The notes beneath the pieces were generated by a model, which ran no database searches, had not been told where the DNA came from, and saw only the letters and a program-made list of their open reading frames with translations. Position numbers and translations under genes: made by a program. This document shows, in pieces, positions 1 to 14,938 of a DNA stretch of 64,000 nucleotides. How positions within the stretch are numbered: position 1 is the stretch's first letter; every line of letters begins with the position of its first letter. Source of the stretch: Octopus bimaculoides (lineage: Eukaryota); contig NC_068998.1 in the NCBI RefSeq assembly GCF_001194135.2, forward strand, positions 53,103,097-53,167,096. Direction: 5' to 3'.

Positions 1-14
1 TATATATACATACA

Positions 15-250
15 TACGTGGTCTGATCAATGAGTATCCGGACTATTGCCATAATAACGGAAGCTAAAGCACGCAGGGTGAAGCCGCTTTACACAGACTG
101 ATCTCAAACTTTGCTGTGCACGCACACTGTGTTTCGATGTTTCATCTCACTTCCACAACAGATGAGCAAAGAATCCGCATCGAAGTTTTTGCGAAAGGCT
201 TGGCAATACCTGCTGAGAGGACTACGCAAAGTTTTCAAAAAGTTTTCATC
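15..250 (+). mobile_element. Mariner-family DNA transposon, 5' fragment (left TIR plus degenerate transposase N-terminus)
   Basis: Starts TA|CGTGGTCTGATCAATGAGTATCCGGACT, a mariner-type TIR. From 164 it reads EQRIRIE/(frameshift)/CERLGNTC, resembling the mariner N-terminal EQRxxIKFCxxLGK motif. Confidence 0.72.
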
Positions 251-294
251 GTTCATCGTTTTAGTTGATTACATCAGCTCAATGTTCGATTGGT

Positions 295-400
295 ACTAAA
301 GTCCACCTCGGTGGATTGGAACGCAAGACTTCGAAACGGGCGAAATTCAGCTAAACATGTTGTTCGACGTAGTAACCATTCTGTAATCTTGATGCACGGT
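295..400 (-). mobile_element. SINE family A, highly degenerate fragment
   Basis: Reverse complement (cagaatggttactacgtcgaacaacatgtttagc...ccaatccaccgaggtggacttt) aligns by eye to the well-preserved copy at 44764. Confidence 0.42.
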
Positions 401-1021
401 TTCTGATGTATAAAAATTCAGCTATGCACACATAAACACTGTCACATATACACACAAACGCACACATACACGGATATATAAATGAGCGAACGTGAGTGAG
501 AGAGACCCATAAGTGTCAGAGTTATAACTATTCACTTAACGATATTTAGTTGTCTCTTTGATATCTGTTGTCAGTTGATAAATTTAATTTGACGCCATTT
601 GCTTCTAACTGTTAAAGAAATTAGTTTATGTAAGGCGTGCGATATTTTCCTATACCTAGACAATACTAAAAGTAATATATCAAAATAAATCGTTACGCAA
701 TGTTCTTCCTGAATCCCTCCAGGGGATTCTACTGAACTGCAGGTTCCTCTACTATTATTTGAAACATCTAAAATTAAAGACCCGGTGACAATTAATTGTT
801 GGAACAGCAGCAGATTTTTAGACACATAAGAAAAGCTTGAAATATCTCAATATTTCTAACTACTGCACTTTCATCATTGTTCATTCTCTCTCTCTCACAC
901 GCACTCTCTATCTCTTTCTTTCAATTTCCCCTCACACACATACAAACACGCAAATATTTATATACCTGAGACATATGCATGAATGTGTATGTACGTAAAT
1001 TTGCACGCACACGGGGGAGGG

Positions 1022-1165
1022 GGCAATCAGCAAAGTCGCCAAATGTTAATCGTTCCAGCTCGCTAGGCTCTGAATTCCCATCACACCAAACAAACGACAT
1101 TTTGTCCTTCATCCTTTCGATTGAAACAAGTAGCAGTATGTACTTGTGTCGATTCATCCTTTTCT
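1022..1165 (+). mobile_element. SINE family A, degenerate copy
   Basis: ctctgaattcc...ttttgtccttcatcctttcgattgaaacaagta...tacttgtgtcgat matches the middle of the copy at 44764. Confidence 0.48.
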
Positions 1166-3311
1166 CGCAGCCGTTTCTGTCTGCCTCTATTCTCTTTTAA
1201 AGAAATCACTGAGGCAACATTGAGAGATGGAAGGTTCTAAGCCGTGGCTTAAAATATCTGAGGCCAACGGTATGTCCTGATAGCGCGTCCACAGGGGCTA
1301 CACAGTCGATGCACAACAAAGTCACACATAGACACATGCCTCAGCATTTAATCCAGTCATACTATTTCCTCACACACTCTCTCTATCTTCGTTTTCCATC
1401 TGTACAACAATTAATTGAGACTGCTCCTTGGAAGGGGTTGCCTTCGCACCATCTGTATTGAAGCTTTCACTCAAGAACGTCGGCTGTATCTTATTCAATT
1501 TCAGCGTAACAATTTTCAACTTGTAACATTTCAAAAGGAACGGGAATTGCATGGATAACAACTCTCCCGGAACGCAGCATATTTGCGACAATTTTCTTCG
1601 TGTAACTGGTAACACGTACATATATACATCCCAGCTGAAAATACTCCAATACTTGAAGAGAAAACAAGAGATTGGGAGACAGGAGGTACATCCCTAGACA
1701 AAAATGAAGAAAGCTAGACTAAAATACAAGCGACCTGTCAACCATCGAGATGTGCTGAAAACGAAAACTATTAGTAAAGGTCAGAATGCACCACAGTAAA
1801 TGAAATGTGTCAAAAGTTCATATCTAATGAGTAAACTAGATATAATGTAAACGTGTTTTATTCCACTAATAAGAAAAATTTAAATACTGTTTCTTAGAAC
1901 GATGCCCTTTGAAATAAATCTAATCATTGATATAAAACTTGGGGTTCCCCTCGTCATTCTTACATTATAACACTAAATAGGACCGAAAAGAAAGTTATCA
2001 AGAACTTTATCTAAACATCTCTTAATTTTTGTGTGAATCCTTTTAGAAATAATATCCTTCATAACGACACTAATGAAACTGTGTTCATGTTTTTCAAGTG
2101 AATTTCAAGCAAATTTATTTTCAAAAGCGGGCATTCAATTACTAAAACCCCGCAGGCTAACACACGGAGATAATCAGAAACAAGATATATAGTTCCAAAA
2201 TATATATTTCCATGCGTAGCCCTGTCTTCAGAAAATATAACTAAATATCTCTGATCTACAATACCCGGAGATAATTTATTTCAGTCTGAAACGATCAAAG
2301 AGTTTGGAACAGCTGAGAGATTAATGATACATGAGTTCATAAAGTGCAATAATCTCTCAAAAGCAATCAACAGTTCAAAGAAATTCAAAATTGAAATGAA
2401 TCTTTGTTCTTCTATTTTAATGACGTCTCAACGTCAATAATAGATGACAGCAATTATATTTCACAGTCAGGTAGTCGGTCCTCTTCAATAGACATTTATC
2501 GGTTAATCTGTAAATATCTTTTGATGTTTACGTCACAAGGATTTACAAAATTCGAGAAACTTGAAATATTTCGTTTTAAATAACAGCGTGCAAATATGGG
2601 ATAAAAAATTCCATCTTTCGATAGAAAAGTCGAAGGATGTCAGTGGGATTAGAACCCAAGTCGTCTGTAAACACGACAGACGTTCTATCTTTGGATCAAA
2701 GCAATAATTTGAATTATCTGCAACGTTTACAGAAGGTGGGAGTTCGTGTGCTGTAGACACTCCTCTATTTTTTCGATACCAAGGGATTTTAAGCCAACAT
2801 TACACGACATTATTTATAGTATTATCTACATCGACATCTCCTGTGGAAAACCGAATTCATGTGTTAAGAAAGAGAATTAATTTTAGTGAGAAACAAATCT
2901 GCGTACACAGTAAATATCGTTATGTTGTTAACTCCTTGTACTCCCAACATTTTCATGAGTTTAATTTTAGGAAAATGTCTTCTATAGAAGGCTTCTATAA
3001 TAAGCATATAACTTTTCAATAAATTATGTCTGGAAGACGCAGATTGAATCTTTGTTGCATATGTGTGTATTTGTATGTATGTGTGTTTGCGGGTGTATGT
3101 GCTTGTGTATAACTCAGTGCATCCCATCCATCCCTTTCTATCTTTATTTATATAATCTATTTTTCTTCGTCATTTCATGTAAATTAACCCCTCGTAAATG
3201 TATATTTGTGTGTATATTTACATATGTATAGCTGTCTGTGTGTGCATATATATATATATATATATGTGCATGTTCATTATGTTTGTACGTGTGTACATCA
3301 TTCTCTCTAGC

Positions 3312-3486
3312 CTGGTTTGTTTACGTTTTTGTCACCGAGCTGTTCGGCAGAAGACATTCATAGATTAATTGAGGAGGGCAAATTCGTTACTGTAGAGCGT
3401 TTGACTGACTAGACACTACAATATGGTGATCCAGTATGGCCGCAGTCCAGTATCTGTAACAATTAACAAATTAGAATAAAAGATAA
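3312..3486 (+). mobile_element. SINE family B, 3' portion
   Basis: gtttacg...gttcggcagaagac...ggtgatccagtatggccgcagtc...gaataaaagataa is the reverse complement of the tails at 19061 and 35232. Confidence 0.58.
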
Positions 3487-6418
3487 TATGAAATAGTGAT
3501 GTGTACTGACATGAACGAAGTCCATAATTTAAGAGAATACAAAATTAAATGAAACTTGTCATTTCTCATAAATTAAAAATTTAAGAGTTTCAATATATAC
3601 TGAGTCTAGAATTTCTAAAACACCTGTCTTCTAAGTATTTGAAATGTAACCATTCCAATTACAAAAAAAAAAAATGAAAATGTAAGTAAATTAAACAATA
3701 AAAATTAATATTGGTATGGGAGAAATAAATATAATTTCTAGCACTTTCAGGCTTCTTATATTGAAAGGTGACTTATTGCGGTAGACAGAAAAGATTATTA
3801 TTATAACGGAATTTTATACACGTTATAATTAAAAACAGCAGTATAATAACTACAAAAAATGGCAATATTTCTAGATGAAACAATTGTAAGAAACTTAATT
3901 GACAAAAAGAAAAAAAAAATTACTGATCATTAATTAAGGAGAATTATTCAAAAGAAGTGCAACAAGACTATGAAGAATATCTTAGAAATAGAAACAGATG
4001 TCAACATCAGGAGGATTAATCATCTAATTTATACACTAGTCAGTCGCATTAATCTCGAAGCAAAGCGGATAACACTAAAAATACACGTGAATAAAATTAC
4101 CATAGAAACGGACGAAAGCAACGTGGAATAGCAATATATTTGCAAAAGTGAAAATAAAAGATTTTTCAATCCTTAATTAAGATTGAAATTTAGTAAATAA
4201 AAAAATACAAAATATAGTAAAGAAATTGAAAACGATTTTTTAAATTTCTATATTTGTTTATTTAGTATTTAAGCTATTTCATTTCAGAATGGAATGAAAA
4301 GAAATTCAGTCTTTCGTAATAGGAGATTGACTAAAATAAGCCACACTACTATTTGAATGCAGTAATGCCGTATCACTGTCTTAGTACATGTCCATGAGCG
4401 TGAAGTCTAAGACGGGTCATGTGTGAGCCTGTATATATTAAATAAAATAACAAGGTCACGGCAATTTGATATTCCTAGGATATTTATAGATACCTTGACC
4501 GTGTTATCTTATTTTATTTCACACAGACATATATATGGGAAAACGATTCTGTCTACATGCAATATACACACACAAAGTTGCCAACGTTTGCTAGCGTTTC
4601 TAAAGGCAGCGGCAAGGAAGATTTGGAGGTCGATTCTTCTGCAAGGTACCGCAGCCTCATATTCACAAAATTGCAACCAAATTACCTGTCATAGAATGTC
4701 ACACTGTACACCGGCATCAACTGTATGATAAAAACAAAGGTTTCCGATTTGAATGCTTTCAATATCATAACAGTATTCACTCAAGTCTGAGCTGACGTTA
4801 AGCAACGTGAAGAACCACCATGTCTAACTATCTACAGATTCGTAACTGTGGATAGTAAGGAACAATCTGACATTAAGAGTAAACGAGAAAACCTCGCATG
4901 AATTGAAACAAAACAAAAGGAAGGATTTCTTTCTAATGAGAAATAATTTTCGCTTTCCACTGTTTCTAACGCTAAGCACCTTGAGCGACATGCTAATACA
5001 AGGCAGATAATCATGTAGATATAGAATCATAACAAGAAACATTTCATGACATATTTTCATCAATATATTTATAGTGAGTAGGAATTTCTCATCGTAAATT
5101 GCATTTGCTTGAGAAGAAATGCAATAGTGCGCATATTTGATTACACGAAACAATCTTGGTATGAAGAAATATATCAGTAGATAATAGAGATGTAAGACCA
5201 TCTTGTATGAAACGTAAGTGTAGTGAAAGAATGCAGGGTTTTTATGCAGTCGAATAATATCCCCACTATTGCAAGTGTACCATGGTTAATAAAAAAAATA
5301 GGATTTCTTAAAAGTAGATCCTAGGCTACATATATATATAGCTCACAGATTGGGAATATCAAGAAAATAAACTAAAGGGAGTGACCATTTACCTCCCTCT
5401 TGTAGGAGGCGGTATAATTGGATATCCTCAGAAAGAACTTCCTTACCCCCTTCCCAGCCAAAAGTCATTTTATTTTATTTTACTTCAGAAAACGTGGATC
5501 TGGCATAGGTGTATTATTTTTCCTTCATCAATTTTTAAATACTTGATAGCAATTTCACCATTAGTCTTCAGAGCTCTTTCTATTCATAGCGATAAATTTA
5601 CTATTTCTGTTTGTTGTTTTATATTTCATTGTTTCTGTTTGCGGTCTTGCTATTGTTTATCCCAGCATGTGGTGCTGAACTTCTCAAGTATGACTGCGAT
5701 ATTCCTTCATCTATTTGCTACTTATTCAATTTTTTAGGTATAATCCATGTTGGAAATTTTCTAATCATTATGTAGTCACATCTTTAGTTTACTGTTTAGC
5801 AGTTTCTCATTTTCTATTATTTCTTCCGCTTCCGTCTCACTACTGTCCGTCCCTTCCTTAATTTTTTTTTTATACTTTAGGTTCTTCACTGAAAGAAGAC
5901 AGTTGTTCTCTTTGTTCGTGTTTTGTTATTTATATTAATTTTCCAATGATTTTTAGTTCGTATTTTGTTAGAGTAATCTTGAATATTATATAATAGATTT
6001 TTCTAGTTACATTTACATCCTACGCTTTCTGCAATTGAATTAAATACAAAATAATGTTTCTATGTCATATTTTGGTTGAATTATTCTAAATGCAGTCATT
6101 ATGTTTCTTAAGAGTTCTGTCTAGACTACACTTGTTAATTCACATAATGACCAGTAGTAACTATTATAACTATAACGCATTGTTGAAAACGCTCAGTTGC
6201 GATATTCTGGTTTGTCTTTAATTTTTGTTTGTTGAACGACATAAAGATCATACTTACGTATTTCTAAGTATGTCTTTGGTTTAGACCGCTCTTTTGTTAT
6301 TGTTGTTTTTTGTTTGTTATCTGACATAATTATTGTCTTTTCCTCTTTTGCAAAGCATTTAAATTTGGAGAATGTGTGTGTTTGTCGATAAATTCTATAA
6401 TGATCGTGTGTATGTGTT

Positions 6419-6456
<38 letters not shown>

Positions 6457-6848
6457 CGTGTGTGTGTGTGATGTTTTGACATTAACAGTGTATAAAGTAT
6501 ACATAATAGTGATGCCATGAAAGTGTAAGAAAAGGGAAATTATTAGCTTTTACTGTTGTATCGGCAGTAAAAAAATATTGATGGTTTCTGCAAAGAGAAT
6601 GTTCCTGTTTATCTTTCTGATACAGTGTGAATCGAGTCTAGTTTAAACATATTTATTACATATACAAGACAGTAAGTACCAGACAAGATAAACATAGGGA
6701 GTCCATGTTCTAATAGAGATAGGGCTAGTTATAATTTATTCATTATCCTTTTCTACAGCTGTTAATCGGTTAATGTCACCGTGTATATTAACATAGCTGT
6801 TATGCATACTATTATAAAGTTATGCATATTATTATTAATACTATTGCG

Positions 6849-6950
6849 ATTCATCCTTTCCGGGTTGATAAATTAATTACAAATGGGGGTGATATAATCG
6901 ACTGGTCCCCTCCCACCAAATTTCAGGTCTTGTGCCTAGAGTAGAAAAAC
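6849..6950 (+). mobile_element. SINE family A, 3' half
   Basis: ttcatcctttccgggttgataaattaa...aatcgactggtcccctccc...tttcaggtcttgtgcctagagtagaaaa matches the 3' halves of the copies at 44764 and 51483. Confidence 0.78.
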
Positions 6951-9900
6951 TCATTAATTCTATTATTGAATTATTAATAATATTATTAATGTTTAGAAAA
7001 TCCATTTTTGGAGAACACTGTAAACCATTCTTGTATTCAGTCAATTCCAGAGCCCAAACCATCTTTTCCATTCATAATGCTTCGCTTCCTTACTCTCCAG
7101 CAGTAACAGATCTATGTAAAAATATGTCTTTCATAATCCGTTCTGTTTTTCTCAGAGATTTTGTTGTTTCGCTGTATATACTGATACTATTGGTAACAAG
7201 ATTTTTAAGTTGTAGAAAGAAAAGCAACTTTTTACTAATTTTTGTGCGTACAGCTTATTAAATGGTTATCATTACGACAACGATATATGATGTGATAGGC
7301 AGAATAGTTAACATATAAGATGAAATTAGGTGTCGCGGCGCGACAACAGAATGTTCATGGAAAATATGCTGCAAATGAAGATGACGATGATGAACAGCAC
7401 AACGATATGCCTGTGCATTGATGTTAGACAAATATTAGAGTGTCACCATTTTTTCACTTAATCACCTAAATATAACAGCTAAATATCCCACAAATGAAAC
7501 CATACCAATCTGCAAAGAGAATAAACGATAAAAGATTGTATTCTTAACAAGAAGGCGATTTCATTACTGGTAACATGTCATAGCTACGTGATCCTCTCTA
7601 TCATCGTTGAACTTCGCTGAGAAGAAAAGAAAAAAAAACACATCACATTCAGTATATTAGCATTGCTACGGACTAAACAGAACGCTACTTGGAACGATGT
7701 CAGAAGATTTGATGATAAAATTGACAGATCTTATGTATTTGTAACGGAAACGTGTAATTACAAAACATAACATATTTTATCAGTTTTCTCTTGGCGCTAC
7801 ATGTTTCCTTACATCTATAAACCTTGATGTTATCATCGAACTGCACTTAAATGTATTCTTTCGCGAGATATTATCCACAAAGTAATATTAGTGTACATTA
7901 CCGGATTATATCAATCTATGATTATCGATATAGTGTCAGAGATAATATGTTAGAAAACAATATTTATCTGAATTTCATTCTCAAACGCAATATCTATGTA
8001 AATATGTAACTTGCACTTTTCTGGTTTCGCTTTTTGAGATTAAAGAAAATTTCCATTGCGTTGTCTGAGTCCTCCTCTATATGGAAAAAAAGTAGTCGAA
8101 AGAAAACACGAAACACACACGTCGATATTTCGTCATTGGTTATTTGTAATGGAATAAATATTCGATAGTTTGTATGGATCTTTAACAATGTAACATAGTG
8201 TTTATAGCACGATTAAAGGGAAATTTTCATGAAGAGTTTAGCTCTCATTGAAAAGGTGGTTAGTGATAATCCTGTTATCTATCAACAATAATACGTTAGT
8301 ATATTTGTATCTTTTTATATCAAGTATGAAAGCATCAAAAGTAATGTTGATTTGTAAAGTATTCGCGCAACAAACGTAAAATCTCACCTCAAACAGGTAG
8401 AACGTGTAAGGGAAAGCAACTGATAAAATGCACTGTAAAGAATTACTGTATTTCACGCGTTTGCCAATGGACAAAATCTTTCATAAAAGGTATATAAAGA
8501 TAAAATTCGCGTAGCGAAATAAAAATTATACATCGCGATTAGATCAATACCAAAGTAATAGTTTCAATTTAAGTGCTTGCATTTAAGATGTATTTACAGC
8601 AGTTGTACTTCCTGCACCACGGAATAAACATTCTAGTTTAGAGATTCTTAGAATGTTCCAAGAATACAACGGACAAGCCTCTATATAAAAGCATAACATT
8701 GTCATAGTTTTGCCAAGAATGTGACTCGTATGAAATTTCAAATAGAAAGTAACAAAGGCAATTTACTTAAGTCTAAACCCGACCAGTAAATCCACGTACA
8801 CAATGCCCCCTTTATTACATGAAAGGAAGGTACAAACGCATTACACATAAATGGCGAACAGTGAATTCTTAGATGTTATGGAAGAATTATTTATTGGTAA
8901 AGCAAATCTTTTAAGAAACAACTAGGATTAAAATTACAGCTTCTGGTGAAAAGCTAACTCAATAGAAGACAACTAATGGACACCAACAGAGTTACTGATA
9001 ATAAATTGGTTATTTTCATGAATAATCAAATGAAAATAAAAGATGAAGTAAACATGGAAAGAAAACAACTTAAGGGCTTACAGATATATAAATTGCTTAA
9101 GCTCCTACCTTTATGCCGAAGCATAATCCTAATAATAGAAATCAAGGAATTGTCGGTGCAACCTCAGAATGCTTCCAGTGAACGTAAAAGCAAATAGTAA
9201 TAGACGCTTAAGATTGAGGAGTGGAGAACTTCAAATAAATATTTCCTTAGCAAGTTCTTATCGGTATCAAATGAGAAATATATGATACCGAAAATAAGCA
9301 ATGCAATAGTATACAAACATATCACCTATGCTGCTGAAATATTATCAATGCAAATATAGAAGTGATATAGCTAAGATAGTTACTATACTGTAGGCGATAA
9401 ACTTTTGAAATAACCAATGATGTGGCACTAAAATAATTGAAAACAAGATAAAATGACTAACAGAATGAACATGAAAATCGAAATGCAATGCAACATCAAA
9501 TCATAATAGACATATTTATAAAGTTGAAAATATATAGAAATATTACACTATGAGAAATACTAACAAGAATATTGCTTCATGATTAAAAGTTATGAATGTA
9601 TGCAAAAGAAAAAAGGTAAAATAAAATCTTATGCAGAAGTTAAAGGGAAGTATCCATATAATAAATATTTGAGGAAACTAATTAAGATCTGTACAGAAAG
9701 TGAAATGTATCCAGTTGATACGAGAAGATAATTCAATGTGTAATGTAGCGAAAGTATAAAAATAGATTGTACTCCAGAAAAGTTCTTATTAGATTAATGA
9801 CATAGCTTTGAAATAATCAGAATATAAAACAAATATAATCTTTGAAACAAATACTATATTCTTGTAATGTGAAGCAAAGAAGCAAATTTCAAATTGTTCT

Positions 9901-10654
9901 ATAAACTACAACTATATTTAACAAGAATATCATAGCAAACATATATATATATATATATATAGCTCTTACATGGCCAATTGTTATTAGCAATTACAAATCA
10001 CTTGGAATATATAATCAAATATCCCATGACATCGTTTTATATATATATACCTACATATATATGTGTGTGTGTGTGTGAGCGAGTGTATGTGTGCATGTAC
10101 CTGTGTATGCACGTGCCTGGAGTATGGCAGCCATGTATGGTGTACATACGTGTGATATCGTGCCTTTTGTTTTTACGCAAAGCACTTTATTATTAATACA
10201 AGATGTTACTTTGCGGTTAGTTCAATTTGTAAATGTATAGTTCCCCTCCCCATTTGTCTGTCAATCCATCTCCCATCAACATTTCTTTCCTCACACTTAC
10301 TCCGTCTGTGCGATGTTCACAGCTGTTTCTTGCACTATCCTACTCCGCATCATCACGGGAATTTTAGTATATGTTCTATGACGATTGAATAGGGTCACCG
10401 GTATACTTTCGCAATTTTAACATAAACACTACCATAAGGTCTTTCGTGACACACCCATATACGCATATATAACTAAATCTTTTCCACACTCCTCATAGCA
10501 CGTTCACAGTGTTTTAACTATTTTATTACATAATATAAGCTGCCAACACAGAACTCAAGCAGTTTCATTACAGTATGCTCCATATACACACACACATACC
10601 CATATATATGTGTGTATATATGTCTATTTATACATACATTCACATACATACATG

Positions 10655-10700
<46 letters not shown>

Positions 10701-11560
10701 TGTATGTACGTATAAATATCAATTATTAGATCTAATACTTGATTATATTAAAGACAGATATATGATGTTTCTTGTTACGTAGGACATATCTAAAATAATG
10801 AAAACTAGTATAACTAATGTCATTTCGGCTGCATGATCTTCCTTGACTTATGAATAGTGCTATAGTGATACACATGCGAAAATTTCAGTCGTAATAAGTA
10901 TCTCGATTAGAAAATACAAGTAGACACCATGTTTTATGACACGTTCTATCGTTGTTCTTAATTGTAACAAGGTTTGGTGAATATTACTTTTTGAGATGCA
11001 TGAAATCAAAGAAGTTAAGAAATACAAATCTTTATTTCGATACATATATATGTCAATTTATTATCAACGTTGAGCTCTTGGGAATATATTTGTTTCTTTA
11101 GTAATGAAAGGCATTACATGAACGCCCTTTTGTTGGAGTGTTGATCTCATATCTGCACATAAGTTGAAAGTAAAGATATACAGACTCTTATGCGATGAGG
11201 GGATAAAAAGTGGGAGTTGCGAATGAAGCTGATAGCATGATATTAAACGATATACAATATGAACATGAAAATTATTTCGGTAAGTTGTTTTTTGCATTGA
11301 TCCATTAAATCAGAGAGCGGAATAGATTTCCAATTTTCTGCTGCTGTTTATGGAATTCACAGTATTTATTGAATTACTTTGATCTGGGATTTAAATAGCC
11401 GAGTGATTTATTGAGATTCATGGATATGAAATTCTTCTCAGCTGTAAATAATCCATATACATTCGGATTGTATGCATTTAGTTTATTTATTTTTCTGACC
11501 TTTGGCTTTATATCGAATGATGAAATTTTTTCTGTTATCTTCTAATCTTTATCATTTATC

Positions 11561-11745
11561 TTTTCTTTGTTTCACTCATTTGAATGCAGCCATGTTAACG
11601 ACTGCCTTCAAGAGATTTAGTCGCAAAACTCGGCTCTACTCTTTATTGTTTAGTTCTGGTATTCAGTCTGTCTGTTCCTTGAGCGAATCGCTAAGTTACG
11701 GTAACATAAACAAAATAACACTGGTTGTCAAATGGATTCAGGAGA
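11561..11745 (-). mobile_element. SINE family B, 3' fragment
   Basis: gcagccatg...gccttcaagagatttagtcg...cgctaagttacgg...aacactggttgtcaa is collinear with 35232-35450. Confidence 0.58.
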
Positions 11746-11769
11746 AACCCAGACACAATGAAACACACG

Positions 11770-11814
<45 letters not shown>

Positions 11815-14800
11815 GTATTTATATGTATGCGTGTACATGTGTATACATACGCGCGCACACACATACATATATATAAAAGTTAAAAGCTTTTGAGAAAGCT
11901 TGATATAATTTTCAGTTTTTACACTTTATTATTTATTGACAGCATTATCTACTTCGAGTTGCAACGGTGAAAAGTATCAATATTCCGAGAATGAATGTAA
12001 TGCGCACGCGCATCTATGATTTCCACCCACTTCCTTATGATTTGTTTCCAGTCAGTTCAGTAATTATCTATGAGTAATGCCTTTATTCCTTTCTCCGTAA
12101 ATATATTTGAATTGCAAAAATACGTTTTTCAATTTATTGTTTAACTATGTAAACTCAGCCTCGGCCAACATAAATGCCAAATTGAGTTTCACAGAGAAAA
12201 TTTTAGTGATTAGTTCCAATCTGTCACTTTGTAACAGAATTATCATGGACATAGAACTGGTGCCAGTTTTCATTTCTGTGTCTGTATATTGAACTAAAAT
12301 ACATCTGAAATCAATTAAAGCCATTAGCCATCTTTTCTTTCATCTATTTCAGTTGGAAACGACCCGCGGTTTAGCCGTATATTAATCAAAAGTGATTTAG
12401 TTTAAAAATAGATACAAAATCTTGTTTTAAACTCACCATCATAATGATATTTATCGATCGATAGGTAATACATTTTCCTTAAGGTGATTGAAAATAAAAC
12501 ACCATAGCTAATGTGAAGTCATACGAACGGTACCGAGACTTTCCACTCCACGATAAAATATAATATCTTCAAGATTTTCAAATACTTTACAATTTACCTG
12601 AATTATGTCTTTTTACTTTTCTCATCTACAATAAGTAACCAAGTAACCCAAACTAAAATACCTTTCATGGTTTGTCATCCTGCTGGAAATAATAACTAAA
12701 TGATAACTAAATGATAAAAAATTATTAAATACTATAATTTTAAAGGAGTTGAAAGCAAAATACGTTATCTCAAATCCACTCAAATTATCAAACATCACGT
12801 TTGATAATTTGAGTGGATTTGACAAAAAGCTGGAATGGCGCAGTGGCCAATTTGATCCTACTTATCAAAATAAGTTGGTGTGTGGTTACGGCTGAGAAAT
12901 TTTGATTAATTGTCTTTTAAATCAGGTTTGACTGAGGCTACGCAGACACCCGATCACCTCGTTTTGTTTTTGCTTTGAATGTTTGTTTATTCTATGAGAT
13001 CTTAAGTAATTATTTGCCTAAATTCTACAAGTGCTTTCTCTGTAATCCTACAAAGCAATCATTGAGATCATTTAAGTCTTCTTCAATTAATTTCGTTTGC
13101 TTTATAGCAAATAACATTTAACTTTTTAGTTGCTTTATACGGCTTACAATCTTCTATAAAGAACGAAATACCAGAAGTAATTTATCGAAAGAAAACTTTT
13201 ATGGAGAGACACTGAAGAAGTATTTCTAATTAGGCATGATTTGTATTATCATTTAGCTACCATCACCGATCGTTATCTCTGCATAGTGTGTGAAACAATA
13301 TTGTTAATCCAAACTGAATCCAGAATGTTCTGTTGTGTCAAGTCACTTAACCTGAAGTGTCATCTTGTAATAATATATATGCAACGACTGAAACTGTGTA
13401 CTATATACTCCAAATGTTAAAAATATTGTTGTAATAGTCATATTTACAAAGTATGAGCACAAATTAGAACTCATATGATTTTAAATGATTTGTCATTTCA
13501 TCCATCATAGCAATTGAAACTGTACGACATTTTAATAGCCTTCAAGTACATACAAAGTATCTGTAATATCATTATCCGCATTGACGTCAAGAAGGGAATA
13601 GCATTATTTGAAGTTAAGAAACTGTTCTCGATGAATGTTTATATTGAATATAATCATCTCATGGAGAGAGAAAGAGAATGAGAGACCATATTAGATTATG
13701 TTATCCACTTTGAAAATCGTTTATTCTTTCCTTGCAAAGTTATTCAGAAGATAGTGTACATAAATTGAAGTTGAAGCAGAATTTTATCTGGAAGTAGAGA
13801 TAAGGAAGACGATTTAATTTCAGATAATACAATCTTTGTATTTAAATCATATTCCTTGAGTCAAGAAAACAACTAAAAAATCAAATAATAGTGATATGCA
13901 TACAGTCTTTAACATGTACATTCATTTATTTATTTAATGATAAATTTTCAAATGAATTTATTTATAAAGACACAAAAACTGTTTTAGTCGAAATTTTCAC
14001 ATATACCAACTATATGAGATGCTACTAAATTGCCACATTGAAGGTTGCATTCGGACAGGATCTAGCAGTTGCATGCGTCAAGACGTGTGCATATTTTTGT
14101 GCATTATGGATTAGCCAACATACAGAATTATTCATGAGGGAATGAATAAATATTCCATTTAAATCATACTCAGTATAACACACACCCATGATTCTAATTG
14201 AAATTATAACCACTTGGAAACAATATCAGACTTAGCTAATAAAAGCATGAAGTATAATGTTCGAAGCTTGAATAATGGTCGTGCTTTCGTTTTTGTTTCT
14301 CATCAAGCGAACTCTGGGGAACATATTTTAGGTAATGTGAATGTGGATCATTTTATCCTTCTTTATTCGTCAAAAAAAAAACTCCTCTTACTTTAATCTT
14401 CATGATTTAAAGTGAAAATATATTTACGAAGGATCGGTTACTTGAGATTTTTTGCCCCATAACTGCAAAATAACTGAGCATATTCACCGGGCAATCACTT
14501 TGATTACTAAACTCTAGGAAGAAAAGAAAATTTTCATTCAGCCACTTAGGATTTTTACATCCTTAACAATGTGCGCAAAAGATCATTATTTAAAATACCG
14601 ATCATACCAAGTGGCCAGCATGGGAATAAAAACCTTATAGGTAATATGCAAAGCCAGAAATCTAGAGCTGGGATTATCCAATAATTTTTTTTTTACTAGT
14701 TTATTTGTTTATTTGTGTTTTCACTTGGTGGTGCATGAATACTTGATGTAATTTTAGAGTTACGTTTTGACTGCTATTTCTAGCATGGTACTATCTTTTA

Positions 14801-14938
14801 AGATACTCTGCATTATAATTTTAATAATAATTTATATACACACACACACACACACACACGCACACATATTATTTTATTCACTTCGTTTTACATGCTTACA
14901 TGTATGATTTACATGCTTGAGGCCGATAAATGCTTACA

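Noticed and set aside
9261-9291. Perfect 9-11-bp hairpins (9261-9291, 24662-24691, 38793-38816, 46923-46947)
   Set aside because: By rough estimate, several such stems are expected by chance in 64 kb of AT-rich DNA.
14308-14331. 24-nt plus-strand microexon candidate, plus similar pseudo-exons at 10301-10375 (-), 12437-12507 (-), 48150-48225 (+) and 50925-51110 (-)
   Set aside because: Splice-like signals only, with no recognisable protein; such sites are abundant in this base composition.
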